Below, piece by piece: positions 45,881 to 56,828 of a stretch of 64,000 nucleotides of DNA. The position numbers were made by a program, and so were the translations under genes. The stretch is taken from positions 1,632,001 through 1,696,000 of the forward strand of contig CAWIIQ010000001.1 of the NCBI GenBank assembly GCA_963836185.1, written 5' to 3'. Below the pieces are notes generated by a model that was not told the DNA's origin, did not search any database, and worked only from the letters and a program-made list of their open reading frames with translations. Within the stretch, counting starts at the first letter, position 1. Each line of letters opens with the position of its first letter. This stretch comes from Candidatus Krumholzibacteriia bacterium. Lineage in GTDB: Bacteria; Krumholzibacteriota; Krumholzibacteriia; Krumholzibacteriales; Krumholzibacteriaceae.

Positions 45881-47629
45881 GTGGCAAGGATAAAGAAACT
45901 CACACCAGAGACTGCGGGAAAGATAGCTGCCGGCGAAGTCGTCGAGCGGCCGTTCAATGTGATCAAGGAACTCGTCGAAAACTCTCTCGACGCCTCTGCC
46001 AGCCGCATCGTCCTCGAGATCGAAGACGGGGGGAAGCGCTCGATCAGGATCGATGACGACGGGACAGGAATAGCCTCCGAGGACATGCCAAGGGCGGTAG
46101 AGAACTACTCTACCAGCAAGATCTCCGATATAGACGATATATACAGGGTCCGTTCCCTTGGATTCAGGGGAGAGGCCCTAGCGAGCATCAACTCTGTATC
46201 GAGGATGACTATCAGGTCGAGCGAAGAGAACGCCGACGTCGGGCGGGAGATCCGCTGGGTCGCGTCAGAGCTTCGTGATGACGGTCCGTTTGTCAGGACG
46301 GTCGGCACGGAGATCATCGTCGAGGACCTGTTCTTCAATCTTCCAGCGAGAAAGAAGTTTCTGTCATCCGGCCCCTCCGAGACAAGAAGGATCGTCTCGT
46401 CCATACAGGGGTTTGCCCTCGCCTGGCCACAGACGGCATTCGTCATGCGCAGTAACGGGAGAGAAGTGCTGTCCTTCCCCGCAGGTACGATCGAGGAACG
46501 CGTTGAGATGGTACTTGGTCCTTCCGTATTTCCACACCTCAAACCATTTTCCAGAACAGACGGACGCGTCGAGGTCAACGGGTACGCCTCGATGCCCTCG
46601 ATGACAAAAGCGAACCGGTCGTCACAGTTCATGTTCGTCAACGGAAGATCAGTCAAAGACAGGTTGCTCGGACACGCGGTGCGTCAGGCATATCAGTCGA
46701 TAATCCCGGGGGACAGATTTCCGATAGTAGTGTTGAGGCTCGACATACCGCCCGAGATGCTTGACGTAAACGTCCACCCGGCCAAAGCCGAAGTGCGTTT
46801 TGAAAACGAGAGAGACATTCATCGCCTCGTATCATCTGCGATCAGGGAAGCGCTCGAGGACAGGACCATATCCTTCAGAGACAAGGTCGAATCAGTTTAC
46901 AAGTCTATATTCCCGCAGGATGGATCAGCTGATACCGGAGATGAAACCGCCGCCCAGGGGACATACAGGGCCGATGAAACGGGAAGATCGGACTGGCTAT
47001 TTCAGGAATCACCCCAGCCTCTCTTCGAAACGGATCCGGGAAAGGTTCAGAGCCAGGTCTCTACCGGTCTTTACTGGCAGCTTCACGACAGCTACATAAT
47101 GATCCAGATTCGGGGCGGTATGGTCATCATCGATCAGCATGCCGCTCACGAAAGGATCCTTTACGATATAGCCAGAAGAAACGTCGACGGAGAGAAGGCG
47201 GTTGTCCAGTCCCTTCTCTTTCCCGCGACACTTGAACTCTCGCCCGATGAATACGACAGTTTCGAGAAAGTCATCGAGACCCTGCCGAACCTCGGATTCG
47301 AAGCTGAACCATTCGGGATGAGGACGATAATCGTCCGTGGTATTCCTGCAGGTGTGAGGAACTGGGATGACGGCAGGCTTCTGCGCACGATCCTTTCCGA
47401 TCTCGGGCGAGGGCTGCCTGCGACCGATTCCATCCTCAGATCCTTCGCTTGTCATGCCGCCGTCAGAGCCGGTGAGCGGCTCAGCCTGGAAGAGATGGAG
47501 AGCCTGACAGACCAGCTGTTCGCCACAGAATTCCCATTTACCTGTCCACACGGAAGACCGACAATGCTACGCGTCGAGATGCGGGAACTGGAGAAAAGAT
47601 TCCAGCGCACCCCCAAAACGGAGGGGTAG
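45881..47629 (+). CDS. mutL: DNA mismatch repair endonuclease MutL
   Basis: IAAGEVVERP, ELVENSLDA, GFRGEAL, DQHAAHER, CPHGRP. Confidence 0.97.
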   Translation: MARIKKLTPETAGKIAAGEVVERPFNVIKELVENSLDASASRIVLEIEDGGKRSIRIDDDGTGIASEDMPRAVENYSTSKISDIDDIYRVRSLGFRGEALASINSVSRMTIRSSEENADVGREIRWVASELRDDGPFVRTVGTEIIVEDLFFNLPARKKFLSSGPSETRRIVSSIQGFALAWPQTAFVMRSNGREVLSFPAGTIEERVEMVLGPSVFPHLKPFSRTDGRVEVNGYASMPSMTKANRSSQFMFVNGRSVKDRLLGHAVRQAYQSIIPGDRFPIVVLRLDIPPEMLDVNVHPAKAEVRFENERDIHRLVSSAIREALEDRTISFRDKVESVYKSIFPQDGSADTGDETAAQGTYRADETGRSDWLFQESPQPLFETDPGKVQSQVSTGLYWQLHDSYIMIQIRGGMVIIDQHAAHERILYDIARRNVDGEKAVVQSLLFPATLELSPDEYDSFEKVIETLPNLGFEAEPFGMRTIIVRGIPAGVRNWDDGRLLRTILSDLGRGLPATDSILRSFACHAAVRAGERLSLEEMESLTDQLFATEFPFTCPHGRPTMLRVEMRELEKRFQRTPKTEG

Positions 47630-48553
47630 ATGAATGGCGTCGTGATCATCGGACCCACCGCCGTGGGCAAGAGCTCTCTCGGAATGACCCTGGCGGAAAA
47701 GCTCGGTGGAGAGATCGTCTCGATAGATTCGAGACAGATATATCGCGGGCTGGATATTGGGACCGCCAAGGCCTCCGCGGATGAACAGGCACGAATCAGG
47801 CACCATTGCCTCGATCTGCTTGATATCACTGAAAAGAGCAATGCCAGATGGTTCGCCGATATGGCGCGCGAAGCGATGGAGAAGATCCGGACAGAGGGAA
47901 AGCTTCCGATCCTTGTCGGGGGATCAGGGCTTTACCTTCGCGCGGTCACACAAGGCCTCTTCGATATCTCCCTTGCCGACTCCGAAAGGCACGAGTTCGA
48001 GAAGAGCATCGAGGATACACCGACATCCGATCTTTATCTGCGTCTCAAGGCATCCGATCCGGAGAGCGCGGAAAGAATTCACGAAAACGACAGGTACAGG
48101 ATCGTCAGGGCTATCGAGGTCCAGAGCCTGACAGGGGTGAGCCTCAGCGAGCACTTCAGGCGCCAGAAGGAATCGTGCATGGAGAATTCTCCCGGACTGG
48201 TCAGGGTCGGCCTCGATATGGACAGAGAGCGGCTTCGTGAGCGTATCGCGGCGAGGACGGGGGAGATGTACGCGGCTGGCTGGCCGGACGAGGTCTCCAG
48301 CCTCCTCGAGAACGGAGCGGATCCGGCGTCCCCGGGGTTGCAGACTCTTGGATATCCCCAGACTGTCAGTTTCGTCAGGGGCAGACTGGACCTTGAAACC
48401 GCAACGGGGGATATCGCCATGCTGACCGGCCAGTACGCCAAACGGCAGATGACCTGGTTCCGGAAGGAACCGGAAGTCGCCTGGTTCGACGCGGAAGACG
48501 TAAACCTGCTCGATTCCGTATTCAAGAACCTTGACAGCGCGGGTTCCAGTTGA
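47630..48553 (+). CDS. miaA: tRNA dimethylallyltransferase
   Basis: GPTAVGKS, DSRQIYRGLDIGTAK, GGSGLY, YAKRQMTWF. Confidence 0.96.
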   Translation: MNGVVIIGPTAVGKSSLGMTLAEKLGGEIVSIDSRQIYRGLDIGTAKASADEQARIRHHCLDLLDITEKSNARWFADMAREAMEKIRTEGKLPILVGGSGLYLRAVTQGLFDISLADSERHEFEKSIEDTPTSDLYLRLKASDPESAERIHENDRYRIVRAIEVQSLTGVSLSEHFRRQKESCMENSPGLVRVGLDMDRERLRERIAARTGEMYAAGWPDEVSSLLENGADPASPGLQTLGYPQTVSFVRGRLDLETATGDIAMLTGQYAKRQMTWFRKEPEVAWFDAEDVNLLDSVFKNLDSAGSS

Positions 48554-48559
48554 TAACTT
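48531..48559 (+). promoter_or_regulatory. Sigma70-type promoter for tRNA-Gly
   Basis: TTGACA-17 nt-TAACTT ending 20 nt before the tRNA. Confidence 0.5.
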
Positions 48560-48579
48560 CGAAGCAACCGGAATTATAT

Positions 48580-48652
48580 GCGGGAGTAGCTCAGTTGGTA
48601 GAGCATCAGCTTCCCAAGCTGAGGGTCGCGGGTTCGAGTCCCGTTTCCCGCT
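48580..48652 (+). tRNA. tRNA-Gly (CCC)
   Basis: GCGGGAG/TTCCCGC acceptor stem, anticodon arm tcagc-ttCCCaa-gctga, GTTCGA T-loop; CCA not encoded. Confidence 0.95.
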
Positions 48653-48712
48653 CTTTTTTTAGAGCGCGCAACCTGGGACCGCAAGACGGATTGCGCGCTT
48701 CTCGTAATACAC

Positions 48713-50022
48713 ATGCCTGTAAAGATCTCAGAAATATGCGGCCGCGAAGGATTCTTCCGCAAGGGAGACCGGATAACCGCCGTTGACGGAAGAAAGGTCG
48801 ACGACCAGCTCGATCTTTACTTTAACCTGTCAGGGATGGAATCCGCTCTTTTCAGTATTGAGCGGGCGAACGGCAGGAAAGTGGAGAGGAGGATAAGGCT
48901 CGAGACCTTTGAAAGAGCGGCGCCTGTCTTCGAGGAGATGAGGTTCATCCGTTGCGCGTCACGATGCATATTCTGCTTTGTCGACCAGATGCCCCCGGGA
49001 ATGAGGGACACTCTTTATTTCAAGGATGACGATTACAGGCTCAGCTTTCTCTTCGGCAACTATATTACCCTGAACGACATCTCAAAGGCGCAGGTTAAAC
49101 GGATCATAGAGTACAGCCTGTCGCCTCTCTTCGTTTCCGTTCACGCTACTGACATACTGATCCGCGAAAAGATCTTCGGACGCCCGATGAAGAACGACAT
49201 CATGGAGATACTTTCACATCTGGCTGACCGAGGGATATCGATACACGCCCAGATAGTAGTGATCCCGGGAGTAAATGACGGCCGTGTTCTCGCGAGAACG
49301 ATGCGCGACCTGTTTTCACTCTACCCGGCATGCAGATCCCTTGCTGTGGTCCCTGTAGGCCTGACCGGTCACAGGACGGGCCTGACGGACCTCAGGAAGA
49401 TCACTCCATCCGAGGCCAGAGAGATGATAGACTTGTCAGAACTGATGAACGCTGGATTCAGGAAGAAGACGGGGGGAATGATTTCGTTTTCATGTCGGAT
49501 GAATTCTACCTTCTCGCCGGCCGCGTTTTCCCCGACGCGGAAAATTACGGCGCGTTCGAACAGCTCTCCAACGGAGTCGGAATGAGCCGGCTGCTGATCG
49601 AAAGTATCAAGGACCGTGTTGAACATCTGGGCAAGAGGAAGGTCAGGCCTTCCGGGAGGATGACACTTGTCACCGGACGCCTTGGAAGCAGACTGATGAA
49701 CAGGCACCTTCTCCCGATAGTGAGCAAAGCTCTGCCTGATCTCTCCATCGAAGTGATAACCGTGACCAATTCAACTTTCGGCAGATCAGTAACAGTGTCG
49801 GGGCTTCTCTCAGGGGCCGATATAGCCTCCGCCGTTAAGCATCGCGGCATACATGACGGAATACTCGTCCTTCCTCCGAATACGGTCAATCACCGGGGAC
49901 GGATGATCGACGATATCCGCCCGGCCGACCTGGGAAAGACGCTTGGAATGAAAGTGCTCGTACCGGAGGAGGATTTCCTCGAGTCCAAGGTACTCAGAGC
50001 GCTCAGGAAGGCGGCCGGATGA
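48713..50022 (+). CDS. DUF512-family putative radical SAM protein with PDZ-like N-terminus (frameshift in G-run near 49471)
   Basis: CASRCIFCFVDQMP, KDDDYRLSFLFGNYITL, SVHAT, VVPVGLT, SDEFY, QLSNGVG, VTVSGLLSG; typical neighbour of der. Confidence 0.85.
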
Positions 50023-51346
50023 AGAACTCTCCGACAGTAGCGATCATCGGCAAGGTCAATTCCGGCAAATCGACACTGTTTAACCGGATCGTCGGCTCGA
50101 GGCGGGCAATAACACACGAGACACCCGGTGTGACGCGGGACACGATGGAAGGTACAGCCACCTGGAACGGCAAGGAATTCAGGGTGATCGATACGGGGGG
50201 ATTCGGATTCGATTCCGATGACCACCTTCAGAAGAGTATCACCGAAAGGATCGTACGCACCGTTCAGTTGGCCCGGGCCATAATCTTTCTTGTCGACGTG
50301 GATACCGGCCCTACTGATGAAGACGAAAAACTACTCCTGAGGTTCCGTGACCACAGGGACCGGATCGATCCTCGCCGTAAACAAGGTCGAGAATCCCCAG
50401 GACGAGATAGAGGCGAACGTTTTCTACCGGCTCGGGTTTAAAAAGCTCTTCATGGTCAGTGCGCTTCATGGCAGGGGAATAGGCGACCTCCTCGATGAGA
50501 TCACTGGAGATCTTCCGGACAGTGTGAGCGAACCTGTCACTTCCTGACGATCTTATGATCGCGATAACCGGCAGGCCCAATGTCGGGAAGAGTTCTCTTA
50601 TCAACGCACTCTCCGGGGAGGACAAACATATCGTTTCAGAGGTGCCGGGCACGACCCGTGACACGATCGATATAAGGATCAGGCATCACGGACGCGATAT
50701 TGTCCTGATCGATACGGCGGGGGTGAAGAGAAGGGCGAGGACTGAAAAGGGACTTGATTCTATAAGCAGCATGATGAGCATCAGAAGTGTCGACCGGGCC
50801 GATATAGTCCTGGTGATGCTCGACGCCTCGACAGGGGAGATCTCCAACCAGGACACCCGCATGGCCTCACTTGCGCACAAGGCTAAAAAGGGTGCTCTGA
50901 TCCTGATGAACAAATGGGACCTGGTCGATCGCCAGACCGATACCTTCAAGTTTTTTGAGAAGAAGATAAGGGAAGAGATGCAATTCCTCTCCTACGCCCC
51001 GGTACTCTCGATCTCTGCTGTCAACGGCACCCGTCTCTCGAAGATCATCCCGACATGCCTGAGGATCCAGGAGCAGCGGATCAGGCAGATCCCTACATCG
51101 GAGCTCAACAGGCTACTTGAGGAGGCCGTCAGGAGAAATCCCCCTAAATTCCATGATGGAGGCTCAGGGAAGATATATTACGCGACTCAGACAGGCGTCG
51201 AACCGCCAACCTTCACCCTGTTTGTAAATAAAGCTGCCTATTTCCCTCGTTCTTATGTACGTTATCTCAATAATCAGATCAGAAAAATGTTTACCTTCGA
51301 GGGTACCGCGGTTAGAATCTCCCTGAGATCCAAAGGAGAGTCTTGA
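50019..51346 (+). CDS. der: Ribosome biogenesis GTPase Der (two frameshifts, near 50367 and 50545)
   Basis: Two G-domains (GKVNSGKST/DTGG/NKVE; GRPNVGKSS/DTAG/NKWD) and a KH-like C-terminus. Confidence 0.93.
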
Positions 51347-51960
51347 TGGATACCGCATGGAGAGTCGCGCTATTGATAGTTTCGAGCTATTTTCTCGGCG
51401 CGATACCGTTCAGCTATATCGCAGGCAGGATTTTCAGAGGTATAGACCTGAGAGATCATGGCAGCGGTAACCTTGGCGCTGCCAACACCTTTCGTGTCCT
51501 CGGCAAAGGAGCGGCAATACCTGTGCTGCTTGCCGATATCGGCAAAGGGTACCTCGCCGTCAAGCTTGTCTCCCTGTACGGCCTGGACGGGTATCAGTAT
51601 ATGCTGGTAGCCGCTCTGGTCGTAATCATCGGGCATAACTATTCGATATTTGTCCGGTTCGCGGGAGGGAAGGGGGTCGGCACCACGGCCGGCACATTCC
51701 TGGCGATGGCGCCGTGCGCCGTCCTATTGTGCCTGGGAATATGGGTCGCTCTCCTGATGATATCGAGGATCGTCTCGGTGGCCAGTATGATATCCGCCGC
51801 CTGCCTTCCGCTGGCTATCGCGGTTATGAACAGGGTCACATCGTGCTCTACGCACAGCTCTGTATTCTACCTTTCCATCGTGGCGGCGCTGTTCGTGATC
51901 TACAAGCACAGATCCAATATCCGCAGGCTGCGTGAAAGGACCGAGAAAAGGATATTCTGA
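51346..51960 (+). CDS. plsY: Glycerol-3-phosphate acyltransferase PlsY
   Basis: YFLGAIP, GSGNLGAAN, GH..SIF.RFAGGKGV, KHRSNIRRL. Confidence 0.95.
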   Translation: MDTAWRVALLIVSSYFLGAIPFSYIAGRIFRGIDLRDHGSGNLGAANTFRVLGKGAAIPVLLADIGKGYLAVKLVSLYGLDGYQYMLVAALVVIIGHNYSIFVRFAGGKGVGTTAGTFLAMAPCAVLLCLGIWVALLMISRIVSVASMISAACLPLAIAVMNRVTSCSTHSSVFYLSIVAALFVIYKHRSNIRRLRERTEKRIF

Positions 51961-51965
51961 ATATT

Positions 51966-52993
51966 ATGGCTAAGAAGACTAAAGCAAAACGTATCGCGGT
52001 CCTTGGAGCGGGCAGCTGGGGCACCACACTCGCTCTCCTGCTTAACGATAACGGACATGAAGTAGTGCTCTGGGAATTCTTCACAGATCTCGCGAAAACG
52101 ATCGCGAAAAAACGAGTGAACAGCAAATACCTTCCCGGGGTGAGGATACCGGCCTCTGTCAAGGTGACTTCCGATCTCGACCTGGCGCTGTGCGGCTGCA
52201 CTCACATTCTTTTCGTGACCCCGAGCCATACGGTCAGAAACGTCGCCCGGATGGTCCAAGCCTCAGATTCATTCAGGAAATCGATGGTCATCATAAACGC
52301 CTCTAAGGGCCTCGAGGAAAAGACACTATGCAGGATGAGCGAGGTACTAGGCCAGGAACTTCCCCAGACACGGGCAAGATAGTAGGTCTGCTCGGCCCGA
52401 GTCATGCGGAGGAGGTAAGCCGAAAGATGCCGACTTCGGTGGTGGTAGCCGGCTCTAACCCGCAGATCCTTGAAAAAACACAGCAGCTTTTCATGAACGA
52501 GTACTTCAGGGTCTATACTAACACCGACCTGATCGGCGTGGAGCTCGGTGTCTCCCTGAAGAATACGATAGCCATCGCGGCTGGAATATGTGACGGGCTC
52601 GGATTCGGAGATAACACGAAAGCCGCTCTCCTGACAAGAGGGCTGGCAGAGATAAAGCGTCTCGTATCGAGGCTCGGGGGCAGGGAAGAGACCCTGAGCG
52701 GGCTCGCCGGGGTGGGTGACCTTATCGTGACATGCATGAGCAGGCACAGCAGAAACAGGTATGTCGGCGAGCAGATCGGACAGGGCAGAACTCTCCAGGA
52801 AGTCCTCGACAGCATGGTCATGGTCGCCGAAGGGGTGAAAACGACGAAGGCCGCTGTCGCTCTTTCCCGGAGGTCCGGCGTCGAACTGCCCATCGCCGAG
52901 CAGGTATACCGGGTCCTTTTTTACAGCAAGGATCCAAAGAAGGCTATAAGGGATCTTATGGTCCGGAAAGCGAAGAAGGAGATGTACCGCTGA
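51966..52993 (+). CDS. gpsA: NAD(P)H-dependent glycerol-3-phosphate dehydrogenase (frameshift near 52370)
   Basis: [45 protein letters not shown]. Confidence 0.94.
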
Positions 52994-53012
52994 AACGGAA
53001 GGGTTGCAGAGT

Positions 53013-53375
53013 ATGAAAAAGGTTCAGAAACTGTACTACTCGATCGGGGAGGTCAGCGAGCTCCTGGGCGTCAAGGCTCATGTCCTGAGGTACTGGGAGA
53101 CTCAGTTCCCCATGCTCAAGCCGAAGAAGAACAGGGCCGGAAACAGGACGTACAAGGTCAGGGACATCAAGTTCCTGATTACGATCAAGAACCTGCTTTA
53201 CGATAGAGGTTACACGATCGCGGGAGCGCGTCAGAAGCTGAGGGAATCGAATAATAATCCCGACGTTCTTATCGAGCAGCTGGCGATACCGTTCGCCGAT
53301 CCGTCCAGGAGAGAGAGGCTGCTTTCACTCAAGCAGGACCTTCTGGAACTGAAAGAGCTGGTAAATACTCTCTGA
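53013..53375 (+). CDS. Short MerR-family HTH regulator
   Basis: [43 protein letters not shown]; sits before tRNA-Pro, as in many Proteobacteria. Confidence 0.9.
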   Translation: MKKVQKLYYSIGEVSELLGVKAHVLRYWETQFPMLKPKKNRAGNRTYKVRDIKFLITIKNLLYDRGYTIAGARQKLRESNNNPDVLIEQLAIPFADPSRRERLLSLKQDLLELKELVNTL

Positions 53376-53431
53376 ACGGCAGAAAAATCAACCTTGTAAA
53401 TCGAACAGGATCATATATATTATCTTCTGGT

Positions 53432-53505
53432 CGGGGCGTGGCGCAGTCCGGTAGCGCACTTGCATGGGGGGCAAGTGGTCGCTGGTTCGAATCCAGTCGC
53501 CCCGA
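53432..53505 (+). tRNA. tRNA-Pro (GGG)
   Basis: CGGGGCG/CGCCCCG acceptor stem, cttgc-atGGGgg-gcaag anticodon arm, GGTTCGAATCC. Confidence 0.93.
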
Positions 53506-53535
53506 CTCATTCTTTATTCCCGGGAGCTATAGACC

Positions 53536-54213
53536 TTGAACGAGGAATTCGGCGCTCTTATTCCCGCTTTCAATGAAGCCGGCCATATCAGCGGAGTGAT
53601 TCAGGGCGTAGCGGGACAGATCCCCTTATCAAATATCGTGGTGATAGATGACGGCTCGTCAGACTCCACTGTCTCCGAGGCAGAAGGGACCGGCGTCAAG
53701 GTCGTAAGCAACGAGATAAACCTGGGAAAAGGCGCCACTCTCCTGAAGGGTTTCGAGCTTATGGCCGAGAAAAAGGGAATCGAGGCCGTTTTCACTCTCG
53801 ATGCCGACGGCCAGCACGACCCTGCCGAGATGTCATCCTTCATCAGCGCTTTCCGCGAGAAAAAGGCCGATATCGTCATAGGAAGCAGAATGGCGGATAC
53901 CGCCGGTATGCCGGCCCTGAGAAGGTGCACCAACTGGTCGACCTCGGCGATCATCAGCCTGCGGGCAGGTGTAAGGATAGCGGACACCCAGTCGGGATAC
54001 CGCCTGTTAAGACTCTCGATGCTGAACAAGCTTGAGCTTGTTACCCGTAACTTCGACCTTGAGAGCGAGATCCTCATAAAGGCCGCTCGTCTCGGGGCCG
54101 TGATCGTCTCTGTACCGATCACTACGATCTACGGAGAGGAAAAGAGCAAGATCAATCCGGTTGTCGACACCTGGCGATTCCTTAAACTGGTCTTCCGCAG
54201 CTTTCTCTGGTAG
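53536..54213 (+). CDS. GT2 family glycosyltransferase (DPM1-like)
   Basis: IPAFNE, DDGSSD, GKG, DADGQHDP, DTQSGYR. Confidence 0.9.
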   Translation: MNEEFGALIPAFNEAGHISGVIQGVAGQIPLSNIVVIDDGSSDSTVSEAEGTGVKVVSNEINLGKGATLLKGFELMAEKKGIEAVFTLDADGQHDPAEMSSFISAFREKKADIVIGSRMADTAGMPALRRCTNWSTSAIISLRAGVRIADTQSGYRLLRLSMLNKLELVTRNFDLESEILIKAARLGAVIVSVPITTIYGEEKSKINPVVDTWRFLKLVFRSFLW

Positions 54214-54226
54214 TATCCCTTTTCAT

Positions 54227-54988
54227 ATGAATAAGACGATCCTTATAACAAATGATGACGGAATAAGGGCATCAGGTCTCAAGACGCTCGAGGACTCCCT
54301 CTCCGGACTGGGTGATATCGTTCTTGTAGCTCCTGAAAACGAACAGAGCGCTACAAGCCATGCCATCACACTGGACAGGCCCTTACGCATCAAAAAATAC
54401 TCCGATACCAGGTACAGCGTTTCAGGCACCCCGACAGATTGCGTTCTGCTGGCTGTACACGGGATACTCGACAGGAAACCTGACCTGGTCGTATCAGGGA
54501 TAAATCACGGCCCTAACATGGGTGAGGATGTCACATACTCCGGCACAGTTGCCGCGGCGATCGAGGGAAACATACTCGGTATAGACTCGATCGCTGTATC
54601 GATAACATCCTGGGAACCGGATTCGTTTCAGGCAGCGGGAAAGATCTCCCGCTATCTCGCCTCACGCATGCTGGAAAGGGAGGGGAAAGGGGAATCTTTC
54701 CTCTGGAACGTAAACATCCCGCCTCTACCTGAGAGCGAGCTGAAAGGGATGCGGGTCACCAGGCTCGGCTCCAGGGTATACAATGACTCGATCGTCAAAA
54801 AGACCGACCCGAGGGGCAAAGATTATTTCTGGATCGGCGGCGGGGAGCCAGGCTGGAACACCGATGAAAAATCAGACTTTACCGCAGTGAGTAACGCCTG
54901 CGTAAGCGTCACTCCGCTCAAGGTCGATATGACTGATTACAAGAGCGTCATCGAGCTTGAGCAGTGGAAGCTCGACTGGAGATCATGA
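54227..54988 (+). CDS. surE: 5'/3'-nucleotidase SurE
   Basis: ILITNDDG, GTPTDCV, SGINHGPNMG, YSGTVAAAIEG, SVTPL. Confidence 0.96.
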   Translation: MNKTILITNDDGIRASGLKTLEDSLSGLGDIVLVAPENEQSATSHAITLDRPLRIKKYSDTRYSVSGTPTDCVLLAVHGILDRKPDLVVSGINHGPNMGEDVTYSGTVAAAIEGNILGIDSIAVSITSWEPDSFQAAGKISRYLASRMLEREGKGESFLWNVNIPPLPESELKGMRVTRLGSRVYNDSIVKKTDPRGKDYFWIGGGEPGWNTDEKSDFTAVSNACVSVTPLKVDMTDYKSVIELEQWKLDWRS

Positions 54989-55618
54989 CTGATTACGTAA
55001 TAGCAAGAAGAAGGATGGTAGAGGAACAACTCGTTGCCCGCGGAATAAAGAACCCGCGCATCATAGATGCCTTTCTTACTGTCCCGCGTCACCTTTTTCT
55101 CGATCCCGCCGTAAGATCAAGGGCCTACGATGGATGCTCCTTCCCCATAGGATATAACCAGACGATCTCGCAGCCGTTCATCCAGGCGGTGATGATGCAG
55201 TATCTCGACATAGATAGTTCCGACAGGGTACTCGAAATAGGGACCGGCTCTGGATACCAGACGGCAATACTCTCCCTTATCGCCAGAGAAGTATGTTCCA
55301 TTGAGCGGATAGAGGCTTTGAGCACGGCCGCTGAGACGGTCCTGAAGGAGATACCGACCGGGAGGATACGCCTCAGAGCGGGAGACGGCTCGAACGGATG
55401 GCCGTATTACGCTCCTTTTGACAAGATAATCGTATCTGCAGCCATGAGCGAATATCCTCACGACCTCCTGTCACAACTTTCTGATGGAGGGTGCCTTATC
55501 GCTCCGGTACAGGAGATCGAAGAGCAACTCGTACTTTACCGGAAAAAGGGAGAGGAGATCGAGGAAGCAGAAACTTTCCAGATGCTCCTTCGTACCACTT
55601 CTGAAAGGAGTTGGCTGA
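54985..55618 (+). CDS. pcm: Protein-L-isoaspartate O-methyltransferase (extra base near 55563; the corrected frame ends CSFVPLLKGVG*)
   Basis: VPRHLF, QTISQP, VLEIGTGSGYQTA, APFDKIIV; the conserved FVPL terminus lies in the shifted frame. Confidence 0.92.
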
Positions 55619-56120
55619 TTTGGCCCCCATTTTCGCTTTTGCCCTCAATCTCTCACCCAGGGTGATGACTTTCATCCTGTCGATGCTGCCTATCTCGGAG
55701 TTGAGGGGAGCGATACCTTATGCTATATGGGTAGGGAAGATAGGCTGGAAAGAGGCATATATCATCGCCGTCATCGGCAATTTCATTCCAGTGATCCCCC
55801 TGTTGTTCTTTATGGAGAAAGCTTCGGTATGGTTGAGGAAATATCCCCTGGGGGACAGGTTCTTCACCTGGTTCTTCAACAGGACGAGGAGGAAGGGCAA
55901 GCTGATAGAGCGCTTCCACGCGATAGGGCTCACCATGTTTGTGGCCATCCCCCTGCCGGTGACGGGAGCCTGGACCGGATGCGCCGCCGCTATAATCTTC
56001 AATATTCCGAGAAAGTTCGCCATACCGTGTATTTTCCTCGGTGTACTGATCGCAGGATGCGTCGTCACCCTGGCCAGCATGGGGGTTATATCGTTCTGGG
56101 GGATAGAGAGTCATGGCTAG
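55611..56120 (+). CDS. Small multidrug export (COG2426-like) membrane protein
   Basis: SMLPISELRGAIP, FVAIPLPVTGAWTG. Confidence 0.85.
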   Translation: MADLAPIFAFALNLSPRVMTFILSMLPISELRGAIPYAIWVGKIGWKEAYIIAVIGNFIPVIPLLFFMEKASVWLRKYPLGDRFFTWFFNRTRRKGKLIERFHAIGLTMFVAIPLPVTGAWTGCAAAIIFNIPRKFAIPCIFLGVLIAGCVVTLASMGVISFWGIESHG

Positions 56121-56171
56121 CGGAATTCGTTTGTGTTGGAACGCAATAAATGATATTTTACCGTCTGGCGT

Positions 56172-56249
56172 CGGGGTGTAGCGCAGTCCGGTTAGCGCGC
56201 CTGCTTCGGGAGCAGGAGGTCGCTGGTTCAATTCCAGTCACCCCGACCA
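56172..56249 (+). tRNA. tRNA-Pro (CGG)
   Basis: CGGGGTG/CACCCCG acceptor stem, cctgc-ttCGGga-gcagg, encoded CCA. Confidence 0.95.
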
Positions 56250-56258
56250 TTTTTTGTT

Positions 56259-56828
56259 ATGACACGTCAAAGCTTATATCAATTAATTCTCCTCATCTCG
56301 TTCTCCATTTCTTTGCTGGTCTCATGCACGCCTTCGCCGAGATATCGGAGCGGGACCCAGGATACGCGCACATCGACTCAGGCTCCTTCGACGCAATCAG
56401 ACAAGCCGGGTTCAGGCGACCTCGACATTGTACTGAGCAATCCGCTCAGAGGATCGGGAGGGGGCAAGATAAACAGCCCTTTCGGCATGAGGACCCATCC
56501 ATCATACGGGACCCAGGAATTTCATCAGGGTGTTGATTTCGAGGCGGAAACAGGAGATGATGTATATGCCTCCGCCAGCGGCAGAGTGACTTACGCGGGC
56601 AATCAGAAAGGGTATGGGAAGGTAGTGATCATAGATCACGGCAGGGATATATCTTCCGTATACGCTCATCTCTCTTCGACCGCTGTAAAAAAAGGAGCGC
56701 AGGTAGAATCGGGACAGAGGATCGGCAAGGTGGGAGTAAGTGGAAACGCCACAGGCTCACACCTGCATTTTGAATTGAGAGTTTCGGGAGAAGCGGTCGA
56801 TCCGCTTGATTACATGGAGATAAGATGA
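56259..56828 (+). CDS. M23 family peptidase lipoprotein (NlpD position, no LysM)
   Basis: Lipobox LLVSC; HQGVD and HLHFE zinc motifs. Confidence 0.88.
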   Translation: MTRQSLYQLILLISFSISLLVSCTPSPRYRSGTQDTRTSTQAPSTQSDKPGSGDLDIVLSNPLRGSGGGKINSPFGMRTHPSYGTQEFHQGVDFEAETGDDVYASASGRVTYAGNQKGYGKVVIIDHGRDISSVYAHLSSTAVKKGAQVESGQRIGKVGVSGNATGSHLHFELRVSGEAVDPLDYMEIR